A model generated the notes under the pieces. It worked only from the letters and a program-made list of their open reading frames with translations. It ran no database searches and was not told where the DNA came from. Below are positions 8,379 through 16,180 of a stretch of DNA of 64,000 nucleotides, piece after piece; the stretch's first letter is position 1, and every line of letters begins with the position of its first letter. Made by a program: the position numbers and the translations under genes. The stretch is from the IMG/VR virus record IMGVR_UViG_3300026088_000016, positions 1 to 64,000 of that record; one strand, 5' to 3'. This DNA comes from a virus (Duplodnaviria > Caudoviricetes).

Positions 8379-8593
8379 GCCGGAGAGACAAGCTTTTTCT
8401 GGTGGGGTGGATGTCCGCCCGGCTCGGGGAATTAACGGTTGAATCCCGCGAGGACTGGTCAGACGTATCGTTGGACGCGATAGCCCGGGCTCATCTTCGG
8501 CTGTCATACTTCCGGGAAATTTATCGGTTGAATCGTGAACTGGTGGAGGAAGTTGACATCCCCGCCCCCGCGTGCTACTTTCAGGGACGATGA
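8375..8593 (+). CDS. Hypothetical protein
   Basis: ATGA overlaps on both sides. Confidence 0.55.
   Translation: MSRRDKLFLVGWMSARLGELTVESREDWSDVSLDAIARAHLRLSYFREIYRLNRELVEEVDIPAPACYFQGR
8553..8581 (+). promoter_or_regulatory. Strong sigma70-type promoter TTGACA-N17-TACTTT with extended TG
   Basis: Ends 9 nt before the recombinase ATG. Confidence 0.7.
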
Positions 8594-9339
8594 ATGTTTT
8601 TGGTTACCTCCGTGTTTCGGGCAAAGGCCAGCTTGAAGGCGACGGCTTCGACCGTCAGCGCGACTCCATCCAGAAGTTCTGCGACTTCAAAGGCTGGCGC
8701 GTGATTCGCTGGTTCGAGGAGAAGGGAATCTCCGGCACCTACGAAATGGACGACCGGCCGGCGCTGACCGAGCTGGTCTCCCTGCTCGGCCCGGGGACCA
8801 CAGACACTTTTGTCGTTGAGAATGCCGACCGGCTCGCGCGAGACCTGATGGTCTCCGAGCTCATACTCGCTGATGTGAGGAAACTCAACGCCAAAGTTTT
8901 CGCCGCGGAATCGCAAATGGAGATGACCACCTGCGGAGACCCGACGCGGGTGCTCATCCGACAGGTGCTCGGCGCGGTCTCCCAGTGGGACAAGTCGATG
9001 CTCGTGAAGAAACTCCGAGCGGCCCGGGACCGGAAGTCTGCCGCGGGGGGCCGGCGCATTGAGGGCCCCAAGCCGTATGAGCTGCGGAGCCCGGAGGCCA
9101 AGGACGTGGCCCAGTCGATTTACGAGATGCGTGAGCGCGGGCTCACCTTTTTGGAGATTGCGAATTTTCTGACGAAGAAATCAATCCCGACTCCGGAAGG
9201 AAAATCCTACTGGCTGCGGTCATCCGTCCACTCAATCTATGAACGCCATTCCCGTCGTTTTCGACGCGCCGAACCTGTCCGAGTCAATCCGGAGATGGTT
9301 GACCAAATCGGACACGTCCTGCCCCAACCCGCGGTGTAA
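8590..9339 (+). CDS. Serine recombinase (resolvase catalytic domain plus short recombinase/HTH domain)
   Basis: GYLRVS (catalytic Ser), RQ, E.GISG, RPAL, DRLARD motifs; C-terminal helix-turn-helix with PTP.G..W. Confidence 0.9.
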   Translation: MNVFGYLRVSGKGQLEGDGFDRQRDSIQKFCDFKGWRVIRWFEEKGISGTYEMDDRPALTELVSLLGPGTTDTFVVENADRLARDLMVSELILADVRKLNAKVFAAESQMEMTTCGDPTRVLIRQVLGAVSQWDKSMLVKKLRAARDRKSAAGGRRIEGPKPYELRSPEAKDVAQSIYEMRERGLTFLEIANFLTKKSIPTPEGKSYWLRSSVHSIYERHSRRFRRAEPVRVNPEMVDQIGHVLPQPAV

Positions 9340-9344
9340 AGATT

Positions 9345-9677
9345 ATGCCAAGCCAAAAAGACATGGAGACTTCAGCCTTACCCAAGGCTCCGGAGTCTGT
9401 GAAACCTGCAACCCCCGCCACGCCAACTGCACCTGTGCAACCTGCGGCGCCAGCTACTACGTCGAGTGTTGCCCCGTCGGCGGACAAGTTCCGCGATGAC
9501 TGCATCGTTCTCATTCTGAGCCCCAAGGGCACGGTTCACCCGATGGTGAACAAGCCCGGCGGAGCTCCCGGCGCGCGTATCTTCGAGAACTCGGACGCGG
9601 CGGTCTCGGAGGTGCTGTCAAACAAAATCGCATCCACGAACCCATTCGCCATCATCCCGCTCAAGGGCCTGTTCTGA
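9345..9677 (+). CDS. Hypothetical Pro/Ala/Thr-rich protein
   Basis: ORF track. Confidence 0.65.
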   Translation: MPSQKDMETSALPKAPESVKPATPATPTAPVQPAAPATTSSVAPSADKFRDDCIVLILSPKGTVHPMVNKPGGAPGARIFENSDAAVSEVLSNKIASTNPFAIIPLKGLF

Positions 9678-9769
9678 TGTCGATTGGTGCCATGTTGACT
9701 CTCGCTTTAATTCTCCTCTGCGTTGCCGTGCTGTTGATGAACAGCGACCGGGGGAATTCGGATGAGTAA
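9677..9769 (+). CDS. 30-aa single-TM peptide
   Basis: TGATG coupling; MSIGAMLTLALILLCVAVLLMNSDRGNSDE. Confidence 0.45.
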   Translation: MSIGAMLTLALILLCVAVLLMNSDRGNSDE

Positions 9770-9989
9770 GGTAATCTACGGGACGACCGAGCTCGCCACA
9801 CCGCGGGCGGTCGCCGACCGGTTGGAGGAGATGAATCTCAGCGCTAAAGGCAAGAAGGATGCGTGGAGTGCTTTTCTTGCCGGGCAGGTTTTCGCGGTGG
9901 TGAATAAACCCAGCGGTCGGTATTACTCCGGATTCACGAAGAGCTCGGCTGTTGGCAGGACTTTACAGAAGCTCTGCCGCCCGAGTTGA
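9762..9989 (+). CDS. Hypothetical protein (75 aa)
   Basis: ORF track. Confidence 0.6.
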   Translation: MSKVIYGTTELATPRAVADRLEEMNLSAKGKKDAWSAFLAGQVFAVVNKPSGRYYSGFTKSSAVGRTLQKLCRPS

Positions 9990-10014
9990 CATCGGCTCCT
10001 CGGCCGGCATATTG
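9986..10014 (+). promoter_or_regulatory. Promoter TTGACA-N16-CATATTG
   Basis: Same motif and spacing as the promoter upstream of the capsid gene. Confidence 0.65.
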
Positions 10015-10022
10015 TCGTTGAA

Positions 10023-10301
10023 ATGTCTGTTACAATCAACCTTAGCTGGCCGGCTAACCCCGGGTCCGAGTTCGTCAACAAGTATGAAGTCCGCGAGTCG
10101 AGAGACGGCGGAGCATTCAACCTCATCGCCAACGTGACTACCCCCGCACATCAGATTCTCAATCCTCTGCCCGGCGCCTACCGCTGGAAGGTGCGTGCTG
10201 TGAATTTCGTGGGCACTGGTCCTGACGGCAACGTCGCTGATGGTCCGAGCCAAGTTCCGACGGCGCCCGGGGACATCACCATCGAAATCATTGTCGCGTA
10301 A
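10023..10301 (+). CDS. Single fibronectin type III domain protein (possible capsid decoration)
   Basis: LSW...Y.V...Y.WKVRAVN..G.GP pattern. Confidence 0.8.
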   Translation: MSVTINLSWPANPGSEFVNKYEVRESRDGGAFNLIANVTTPAHQILNPLPGAYRWKVRAVNFVGTGPDGNVADGPSQVPTAPGDITIEIIVA

Positions 10302-10765
10302 TGAATTCTTTTCTTCGAGCAATTGGCGGGTTCGGTCTGGCTCTCGTGATGCTGGTCGGTTGCGTGACCAACCGCACTCCGCTTACGCCGGAGCAAAAGA
10401 TTGACCGTCTCGCTGCGACGCTGCGGATTGCCGTCAGCTCCGCCGTGACGGTCGCCACGGAAGACCGGAAGCCCGAGACGCGCGAGAAAATCGCGCTGGC
10501 CCGGAGTCTGGTCAACGGGGTCCTCACGTCTGGCGACTTGTCGCCGGAGAAGATTGTCGAGTCTCTTACGCCGCTTCTTCGCGACGCGAAACCGGAAGTC
10601 CGGCTCGCTGCGACGACTGCGTTGAGCTTGATGGAAGTTTACTTCATGGATTACGTGGTTCCCCTGCCGGAAGGTGAGGGCGCCGTGAACGCCAAGAAGT
10701 TTTTGAGCGCGGTGGTTGCCGGCATTGACGAAGGTCTAAAGTTGGCGCCCCCGGTAGTTCAGTGA
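10301..10765 (+). CDS. Lipoprotein
   Basis: Signal peptide with lipobox LVG-C; helical mature region. Confidence 0.7.
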   Translation: MNSFLRAIGGFGLALVMLVGCVTNRTPLTPEQKIDRLAATLRIAVSSAVTVATEDRKPETREKIALARSLVNGVLTSGDLSPEKIVESLTPLLRDAKPEVRLAATTALSLMEVYFMDYVVPLPEGEGAVNAKKFLSAVVAGIDEGLKLAPPVVQ

Positions 10766-10807
10766 TACGTTAGTTTAGCTCACCCGCCATGTGCGGGAAG
10801 AGATACC

Positions 10808-10825
10808 GGAGTCGCTCGCGACTCC
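10808..10825 (+). other. GC-rich hairpin before the tRNA cluster
   Basis: GGAGTCGC-TC-GCGACTCC; no U-tract. Confidence 0.5.
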
Positions 10826-10832
10826 AGTCAAT

Positions 10833-10910
10833 TGCGGGGTGGCGCAGTCTGGTTAGCGCGTCAGCCTCATAAGCTGAAGGTCGCCGGTTCAAATCCGGCT
10901 CCCGCACCCA
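10833..10910 (+). tRNA. tRNA with CAT anticodon (Met or Ile2); initiator-like body
   Basis: Full cloverleaf: TGCGGGG/TCCCGCA, GCGC D-stem, TCAGC-CTCATAA-GCTGA, GCCGG-TTCAAAT-CCGGC; CCA encoded. Confidence 0.95.
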
Positions 10911-10928
10911 ACTTCTCGTTCCCCTAAA

Positions 10929-11002
10929 GGGGCGATAGGGTTCATGTGAGTCGAACACGAATTCACGTCACCCTCCGGTGTCCAGCCCGGCGAATTGGCC
11001 CC
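10929..11002 (+). ncRNA. Unidentified 74-nt structured element between two tRNAs
   Basis: GGGGC/GCCCC closing stem, AGGGT/ACCCT arm with inner GTGAGTCG/CGAATTCAC, CCGG/CCGG hairpin. Confidence 0.5.
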
Positions 11003-11024
11003 GATAGCGGCCTGTCCAATTTGT

Positions 11025-11094
11025 GGGCTCGTAGTTTAACGGAAAACACCCGGCTTTGACTCCGGGGACAGCGGTTAGAACCCGTTCCAGCCCG
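11025..11094 (+). tRNA. tRNA-Gln(TTG), non-canonical
   Basis: GGGCTCG/CCAGCCC-G, GTTT/AAAC D-stem, CT-TTG-AC loop, T-loop TTAGAAC; no encoded CCA. Confidence 0.75.
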
Positions 11095-11100
11095 CCTTGT

Positions 11101-11173
11101 GCCACTGTGATGCTTGGAGCCGACTGGAACTCCAAATCCCGGTGACAGGGTTCAATTCCCTGCGGTGGTGCCA
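11101..11173 (+). tRNA. tRNA-Trp(CCA) with a reduced D-arm
   Basis: GCCACTG/CGGTGGT-G-CCA, loop CT-CCA-AA, CAGGG-TTCAATT-CCCTG. Confidence 0.75.
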
Positions 11174-11175
11174 TT

Positions 11176-11455
11176 TTGCGGTAACTCAGACTCAAGGCCG
11201 ACGATGCTTCTCCTCTGCGGAGGATGAATACCCGGCGAAGCGGAGTAGTTATTGAGACCGTGACCGGGTAGTGGGCGGGCCACTCGCGAAACCTGCGATA
11301 GTGCGTTCAAAGAAACTCCGCTTCTCTTTTAGCACGGAAACTCTGTATGACGGAGGCGTGGCAGTGCGCAAGCCACGGCAGGTTGAAAACCGCTCTTGCA
11401 AGGACGGTGAGTATCGAAGAATCCTATGCTGGCTAATACCCAGCTCCATGCACCC
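11176..11455 (+). ncRNA. Large multi-stem pseudoknotted ncRNA of unknown family
   Basis: At least nine helices are visible, including a perfect 10-bp loop-loop pairing of 11237-11246 with 11315-11324; no coupled ORF. Confidence 0.75.
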
Positions 11456-11460
11456 TTTCG

Positions 11461-12318
11461 ATGTCCAAGTCAGCTCTGCTTTGGGTCACTTACAAAAAGG
11501 ACCTGCCGTTCTTCGAGGCCAGCCTACGCTCCTACCAAAAGTTTGCGTCAGGCTTTGCCTACGCAAAAGTCATCGTCCCCCTTGATGACGTCCCGGACTT
11601 CCAGAAAATCTGTGACCCCGCGGGCGTAATCGTCGCTGGAATCGGCGAACCGCCGGGCAAGGGAATGCTCATGCACATGGCGATGCAGATGCTCGGGGAG
11701 ACTCATTTTCCAGCCGACGCCGGCTTCATTTTTCATATCGACGCGGACTGTGTTTTCAATCAGCCCACAACCCCGCAGGATTATCTCCCCGGAGACAAAC
11801 CCATCATCTCTTTCCGAAACTGGGACAAGCTCCTGTCCCGGCCGGTGGAGCAGGATGAAGTGCAGACGTTCATGGGATTCACCGGGCGCACCATCGACTT
11901 CAACCGCGGCGCGTATCTCTGGAAGTTTGCGGCCGACTTCGCACTCGGATTCGCGTCGCAGCGGCAGACCATGACCCAGATGCCCATCGTGCATCGGCGG
12001 GAGACCTACGCGCGGGCGCGGGCAATTATCCAGCGCCGGTTCAACACCGACATCATCTCGCACGTTCTCCAAGGGCGGAACGAGTGGCCGCAGACGTTCT
12101 GCGAGTTCGAGACGCTCGGCACGGTGGCCCATCGTTATTTTCAGGACCGCTATCACTGGCATGAGCTCGACGTGCAGGGAACTTACCCGGTGCGGAACGT
12201 GACGCAGACGTGGTCGCACGGCGGACTCGACGCGACGGTCGAGCATGGCCGGCCACAAATCATTGCGGGGGTTCATCGTTCTCCGCGGGAATACTTCACC
12301 TCGCTGGGACTCCTATGA
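11461..12318 (+). CDS. GT-A-fold glycosyltransferase-like protein
   Basis: Hydrophobic beta-strand followed by DAD (FHIDADCVF); paralog of 12821..13648. Confidence 0.65.
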   Translation: MSKSALLWVTYKKDLPFFEASLRSYQKFASGFAYAKVIVPLDDVPDFQKICDPAGVIVAGIGEPPGKGMLMHMAMQMLGETHFPADAGFIFHIDADCVFNQPTTPQDYLPGDKPIISFRNWDKLLSRPVEQDEVQTFMGFTGRTIDFNRGAYLWKFAADFALGFASQRQTMTQMPIVHRRETYARARAIIQRRFNTDIISHVLQGRNEWPQTFCEFETLGTVAHRYFQDRYHWHELDVQGTYPVRNVTQTWSHGGLDATVEHGRPQIIAGVHRSPREYFTSLGLL

Positions 12319-12824
12319 ATGTGGTCCATAGCGTAAGCTTCCCTCGAAGCGGACACAGGTTCACCACGGAACTTTTGCAGGCTTACTTCGGGCCAGCGCT
12401 GGTGTATTCGGGAGAGCCCGCCCCGCCGGAGGCAAATTTCATCAAGCATCACGACCAAGATGGCGCTCTGGAGGTTGACCCGAACGGACACTATCTGGTT
12501 CAGGTTCGCGACCCGTTCGACGCGGTCTGGTCGTGGTATAAGATGACGGTGGACCTCGACGGGATTCCGGACACCATTCAATCCTACCGCGGAATTTTCT
12601 TGGAGAAGCTGGACTATTGGACGGGGTTCATGCGGAAGTGGGTTCTCTCGGACCTTCCGAATCGGGTCATCGTGAAGTATTATGACCTTGTCACCCATCC
12701 GGCCAAATCCCTTCGTCGCGTCCTCCCGCTGTTCGGGGAATACCCGGACCGGGCCCGTGTAGAGAAGGCGGTGCGGGAAGTAGCGGTGATTGAACGTCGC
12801 ACTCCAAATTTTTATTTGCAATGA
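12315..12824 (+). CDS. PAPS-dependent sulfotransferase
   Basis: 5'-PSB loop SFPRSG, 3'-PB motif VRDPFDAVWS, and KYYDLVTHP (YEDL..DP-like). Confidence 0.85.
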   Translation: MNVVHSVSFPRSGHRFTTELLQAYFGPALVYSGEPAPPEANFIKHHDQDGALEVDPNGHYLVQVRDPFDAVWSWYKMTVDLDGIPDTIQSYRGIFLEKLDYWTGFMRKWVLSDLPNRVIVKYYDLVTHPAKSLRRVLPLFGEYPDRARVEKAVREVAVIERRTPNFYLQ

Positions 12825-13648
12825 GCTCACACCAAATCCTTATCGCATCCTACGCGCGCGACTTCATCTGGCTCGAACCAAACCTGAAGTCGCTGCAAAA
12901 ATTCTGCGTCGGCTTTCTCCCGCCGGTTATCTCGGTCGATGGTCAGGATTTCTTCGCCGCGAAGAAAATGGTGGACCGACTTTATCCGGGCGCGACGGTG
13001 GTCCAGAAGGACGGGCGCCGCGGGCAGGGATTCATGCGGGCGCAAATCTCCATGATGCAGGGCGACCTGCTTTGTCCGAACGCGGACTTCGTCTATCTCG
13101 TCGGCTCCGACTGCATCGCGTGGACCCGGTTCGCGCCGGAGACGTATCAATACAACGGGAAGCCGGTGATGCTCTACAACTCCCGGAAGTATTTTGAGGA
13201 CGCGCACGCGGGGCACCCGATTCAGTGGATGGACAGCACCGCGCAGATTCTCAAGTTCCCGGTCAACGGGGAATACATGCGCCGGCTCCCCATCGTTTAC
13301 CCGAAGGAGCTTTTCAAGCCGGTCCGCGACCACGTCGCCGCGGTGAACGGGATGGGCTTCGAGGACTACATCTACAAGCGGAACTCGGAGGGCGGGCCCG
13401 TCTCGGAGAGCAACATTCTCGGAGCCTTTGCTTGGGAGAAGATGCGGAACCTCTATCACTGGATGCACGCTGATGGGAACGAAGAGTATGCGAATTATCG
13501 CCGGGACTTTCCAGACCCGCTCATTCAGTTCTGGAGCCACGGCGGACTCGACCGGCCGGCCGAGGCGTGCATGAACTACTCCCACGGAAACACGCACGGG
13601 AAATCCCCGCGGCAGGTGATGAAGGACATCCTCGGAAACGACTTGTAA
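12821..13648 (+). CDS. GT-A-fold glycosyltransferase-like protein (paralog)
   Basis: YLVGSDC at the DxD position; shares WSHGGLD and E...LG..A with 11461..12318. Confidence 0.6.
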   Translation: MSSHQILIASYARDFIWLEPNLKSLQKFCVGFLPPVISVDGQDFFAAKKMVDRLYPGATVVQKDGRRGQGFMRAQISMMQGDLLCPNADFVYLVGSDCIAWTRFAPETYQYNGKPVMLYNSRKYFEDAHAGHPIQWMDSTAQILKFPVNGEYMRRLPIVYPKELFKPVRDHVAAVNGMGFEDYIYKRNSEGGPVSESNILGAFAWEKMRNLYHWMHADGNEEYANYRRDFPDPLIQFWSHGGLDRPAEACMNYSHGNTHGKSPRQVMKDILGNDL

Positions 13649-15558
13649 TGGCGCTCCCAAAAAATTCAGCGCAGCGACTTCTCGTCAACCGGGTCTCAGA
13701 ACGGTTGCACTCCGATGACTACTTCGGGGCGGCGAAGATTTACGCGGAGTTCGTCCGCCAGTCCACGACGATTCTTCCGCCGGTAGAGACCAAGGAGCAG
13801 GCGACCATGATGCTCTCGACGCTCCTGCATTGGTGTCTTGAAAACAACGGATACGAAGAAGCGGCGCAGCTACTCTGGGGCCCGACTCAATTTGACCCGC
13901 GGTCCGACGCGACTCAGCGGGTGTGGAAAGCGTTTGAAGAGTCCGACCTGTTCATGCTGATGGGCGCGGGCTCAATGTCGAAATCCTACTCGATGGGCGT
14001 GCGTCTTTTTCTGGAATGGATAAGAGACCCCGAGCACACGCACATCAAAGTCGGCGGTCCGAGTGAGAACCATCTCAAGGAAAATTTGTTCAACCATCTG
14101 GTTGCGCTCCATCGCCAGTCCACCATCCCGCTCCCGGGCAAAGCACAGGACCTGTTCATCGGGCTCGACTCCAAGGCCCGTAAGGGTGCAATCTCCGGGG
14201 TAGTGATTCCGCTCGGGCAGAGTGGCGCCGGCCGGTTGCAGGGTGTGAAGCGCGTGAATCGGAAGAAGCCGCACCCCGTCTTCGGGAAGATGACGCGGCT
14301 GTTCATTTTTCTGGACGAAATCATCAACATCCCCGACGGCATCTGGCAGGACTTGGACAACGCGATGTCCCAGATTGACGGCACGCACACCGCGAAGATT
14401 GGTGGCGCGTTCAACCCGACCGACCAGTCGAGTGAAGCGGCCAAACGCTGTGAGCCCGTCGAGGGCTGGGGCAACTTCGACCCCGAGACGCATTTCGATT
14501 GGATTTCTAAACGCGGATGGCGGGTGTGCCGGCTGGACGCAGCGCGTTGTGAGAATGTGCTCCAGAAGAAACAAATCTTCTCGGGGTTGCAGACGTTCGA
14601 GGGTTTGCAGGCGCTCATCCTGAACTCTGGCGGCACGGACTCGGCCGGCTACTGGGTGATGGGCCGCGGATGTTTCCCGCCCTCTGGAACGTCGATGTCG
14701 ATTATCCCGCAGGGGATGCTCAACGCCTTCAAAGCGGAAATCATCTGGTATGATGAACCGTCCCCGGTCGGCTCGGTTGACTTGGCACTCGAAGGCTCTG
14801 ACACCGCCATCTTCTACAAGGGCCGGTTTGGTCTGGCCACTGGTGTAATCTTCCCGCCGTCGCTCCAGTTCCCGAACGGGCAGACGGTCATGTTCAAGGA
14901 CCATAAAGGAAACAAGCGGCCCCGGCCGGTGCTCCTCGCCGAGACAAAGCTGAAGCTTCCGCGCGGGGACACGGTGGACATGAAGAACGAGATTCGCCGG
15001 GTGGCCAATACTTTTTCCATCCGCCCCGACCGGCTCGCGGTGGACCGCACCGGTAACGGCCAAGGCGTTTACGATTTGCTTCGGTTCGAGTGGGGCGAAG
15101 TGATTGGCGTGAACTACTCGGAGTCAGCCGGCGAGACGCGCATCATGGTGGAGGACCACGATACTCCAAAAGAATTGTATCTTCGTGTGGACAGCGAGCT
15201 CTGGTTCGCGACCAGAAAATTTCTGGAGTTCGGATACGTTTACGGCGCGGCCGGGCTTCCGACCGAGGAGTTGTTCCCGCAGCTCACCGGGCGCCAGTTC
15301 CGGATGCAGGGCAAGCGGGCGCGCGTGGAAAGTAAGCCAGACTACAAGTCCCGCAACGGTGGAAAATCTCCCGACGACGCGGACGGCTTCACGCTTTTGA
15401 TTCACGCGGTCCGGAAGGCGTTTGGATTCATCCCCGGGATGTCGCCGGAGAACTCGACCGAGTCGAATCCAAACTTCGATGAGGACTACGGGGCCGACGT
15501 CCGAATCTCCGTGGACAACCGGTTTGAGGATTTGGATGGGCCGGACCCCAACATGTAA
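13648..15558 (+). CDS. Terminase large subunit
   Basis: Walker A-like GAGSMSKS, Walker B FIFLDE, nuclease motifs VDLA.EG.D, VDRTGNG, SPDDADG. Confidence 0.9.
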   Translation: MALPKNSAQRLLVNRVSERLHSDDYFGAAKIYAEFVRQSTTILPPVETKEQATMMLSTLLHWCLENNGYEEAAQLLWGPTQFDPRSDATQRVWKAFEESDLFMLMGAGSMSKSYSMGVRLFLEWIRDPEHTHIKVGGPSENHLKENLFNHLVALHRQSTIPLPGKAQDLFIGLDSKARKGAISGVVIPLGQSGAGRLQGVKRVNRKKPHPVFGKMTRLFIFLDEIINIPDGIWQDLDNAMSQIDGTHTAKIGGAFNPTDQSSEAAKRCEPVEGWGNFDPETHFDWISKRGWRVCRLDAARCENVLQKKQIFSGLQTFEGLQALILNSGGTDSAGYWVMGRGCFPPSGTSMSIIPQGMLNAFKAEIIWYDEPSPVGSVDLALEGSDTAIFYKGRFGLATGVIFPPSLQFPNGQTVMFKDHKGNKRPRPVLLAETKLKLPRGDTVDMKNEIRRVANTFSIRPDRLAVDRTGNGQGVYDLLRFEWGEVIGVNYSESAGETRIMVEDHDTPKELYLRVDSELWFATRKFLEFGYVYGAAGLPTEELFPQLTGRQFRMQGKRARVESKPDYKSRNGGKSPDDADGFTLLIHAVRKAFGFIPGMSPENSTESNPNFDEDYGADVRISVDNRFEDLDGPDPNM

Positions 15559-15601
15559 GTCGTGCCTTGACCGGCCCGGTCCCAAATCGCATCTTGTTCT
15601 C

Positions 15602-16180
15602 GTGAGCGTTCGACCCAACCCAAATCTCTATCCCGACGGCGGCTACATTTTCATCGAGGGCGATGGGACCCGCTTCCGGGGTGACAGTTGGAAGAACCTG
15701 ACTTCCAAAGTGGCCGACTACCGCGCGCGGAACAATCGCCCCGCGGGTGACCCGGAGTCAGAAATTTTCACGCAGTATTGTGTCCGGATGCCGAGTCATT
15801 GCAAGAACATGACGGCCGGCCCGGTGAAGGTAATCGACGGACATCACTCGCTCTCCCTGAACCAGAGGGTGATGCAGTTCATCTCGAACCTGCTTGAGTG
15901 GAAACGGAAGGCCGCGATTCCCCGGGTGCCCGACTCGGTTGCAGCCGAGCGCGCGGCGGTGTGTGCGTCCTGCCCGAAGCATAAACCGTTGGTGCAGACC
16001 TGCCAACAGTGCTTGAACACGGTCGCGCATGGCCGGAAGGTGATTTTGGACGGCGCCGCGAGTCACCATCAGGGACTCCTTGCGTGTGAGGCACTTGGGG
16101 AAGATTTGCCGCTCACGGTTCACATCGAGCAGCCGGCGGTTCCGGCCGACCGGGTCCCGTCTCATTGTTGGCGTAAGTGA
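15602..16180 (+). CDS. Cys-rich putative Zn-binding protein
   Basis: CxxC motifs (CASCP, CQQC, C...C...CW); start is GTG 15602 or ATG 15536. Confidence 0.65.
   Translation: MSVRPNPNLYPDGGYIFIEGDGTRFRGDSWKNLTSKVADYRARNNRPAGDPESEIFTQYCVRMPSHCKNMTAGPVKVIDGHHSLSLNQRVMQFISNLLEWKRKAAIPRVPDSVAAERAAVCASCPKHKPLVQTCQQCLNTVAHGRKVILDGAASHHQGLLACEALGEDLPLTVHIEQPAVPADRVPSHCWRK

Noticed and set aside
11101-11173. Stop-codon reassignment or suppressor tRNA
   Set aside because: The anticodon is the normal Trp CCA; TAA, TAG and TGA all terminate well-defined genes, and coding density is high under the standard code.
11176-11455. RNase P RNA, tmRNA or group I intron
   Set aside because: No GAGGAAAGTCC/P4 motif, no tRNA-like ends and no P7 core motifs were recognised.
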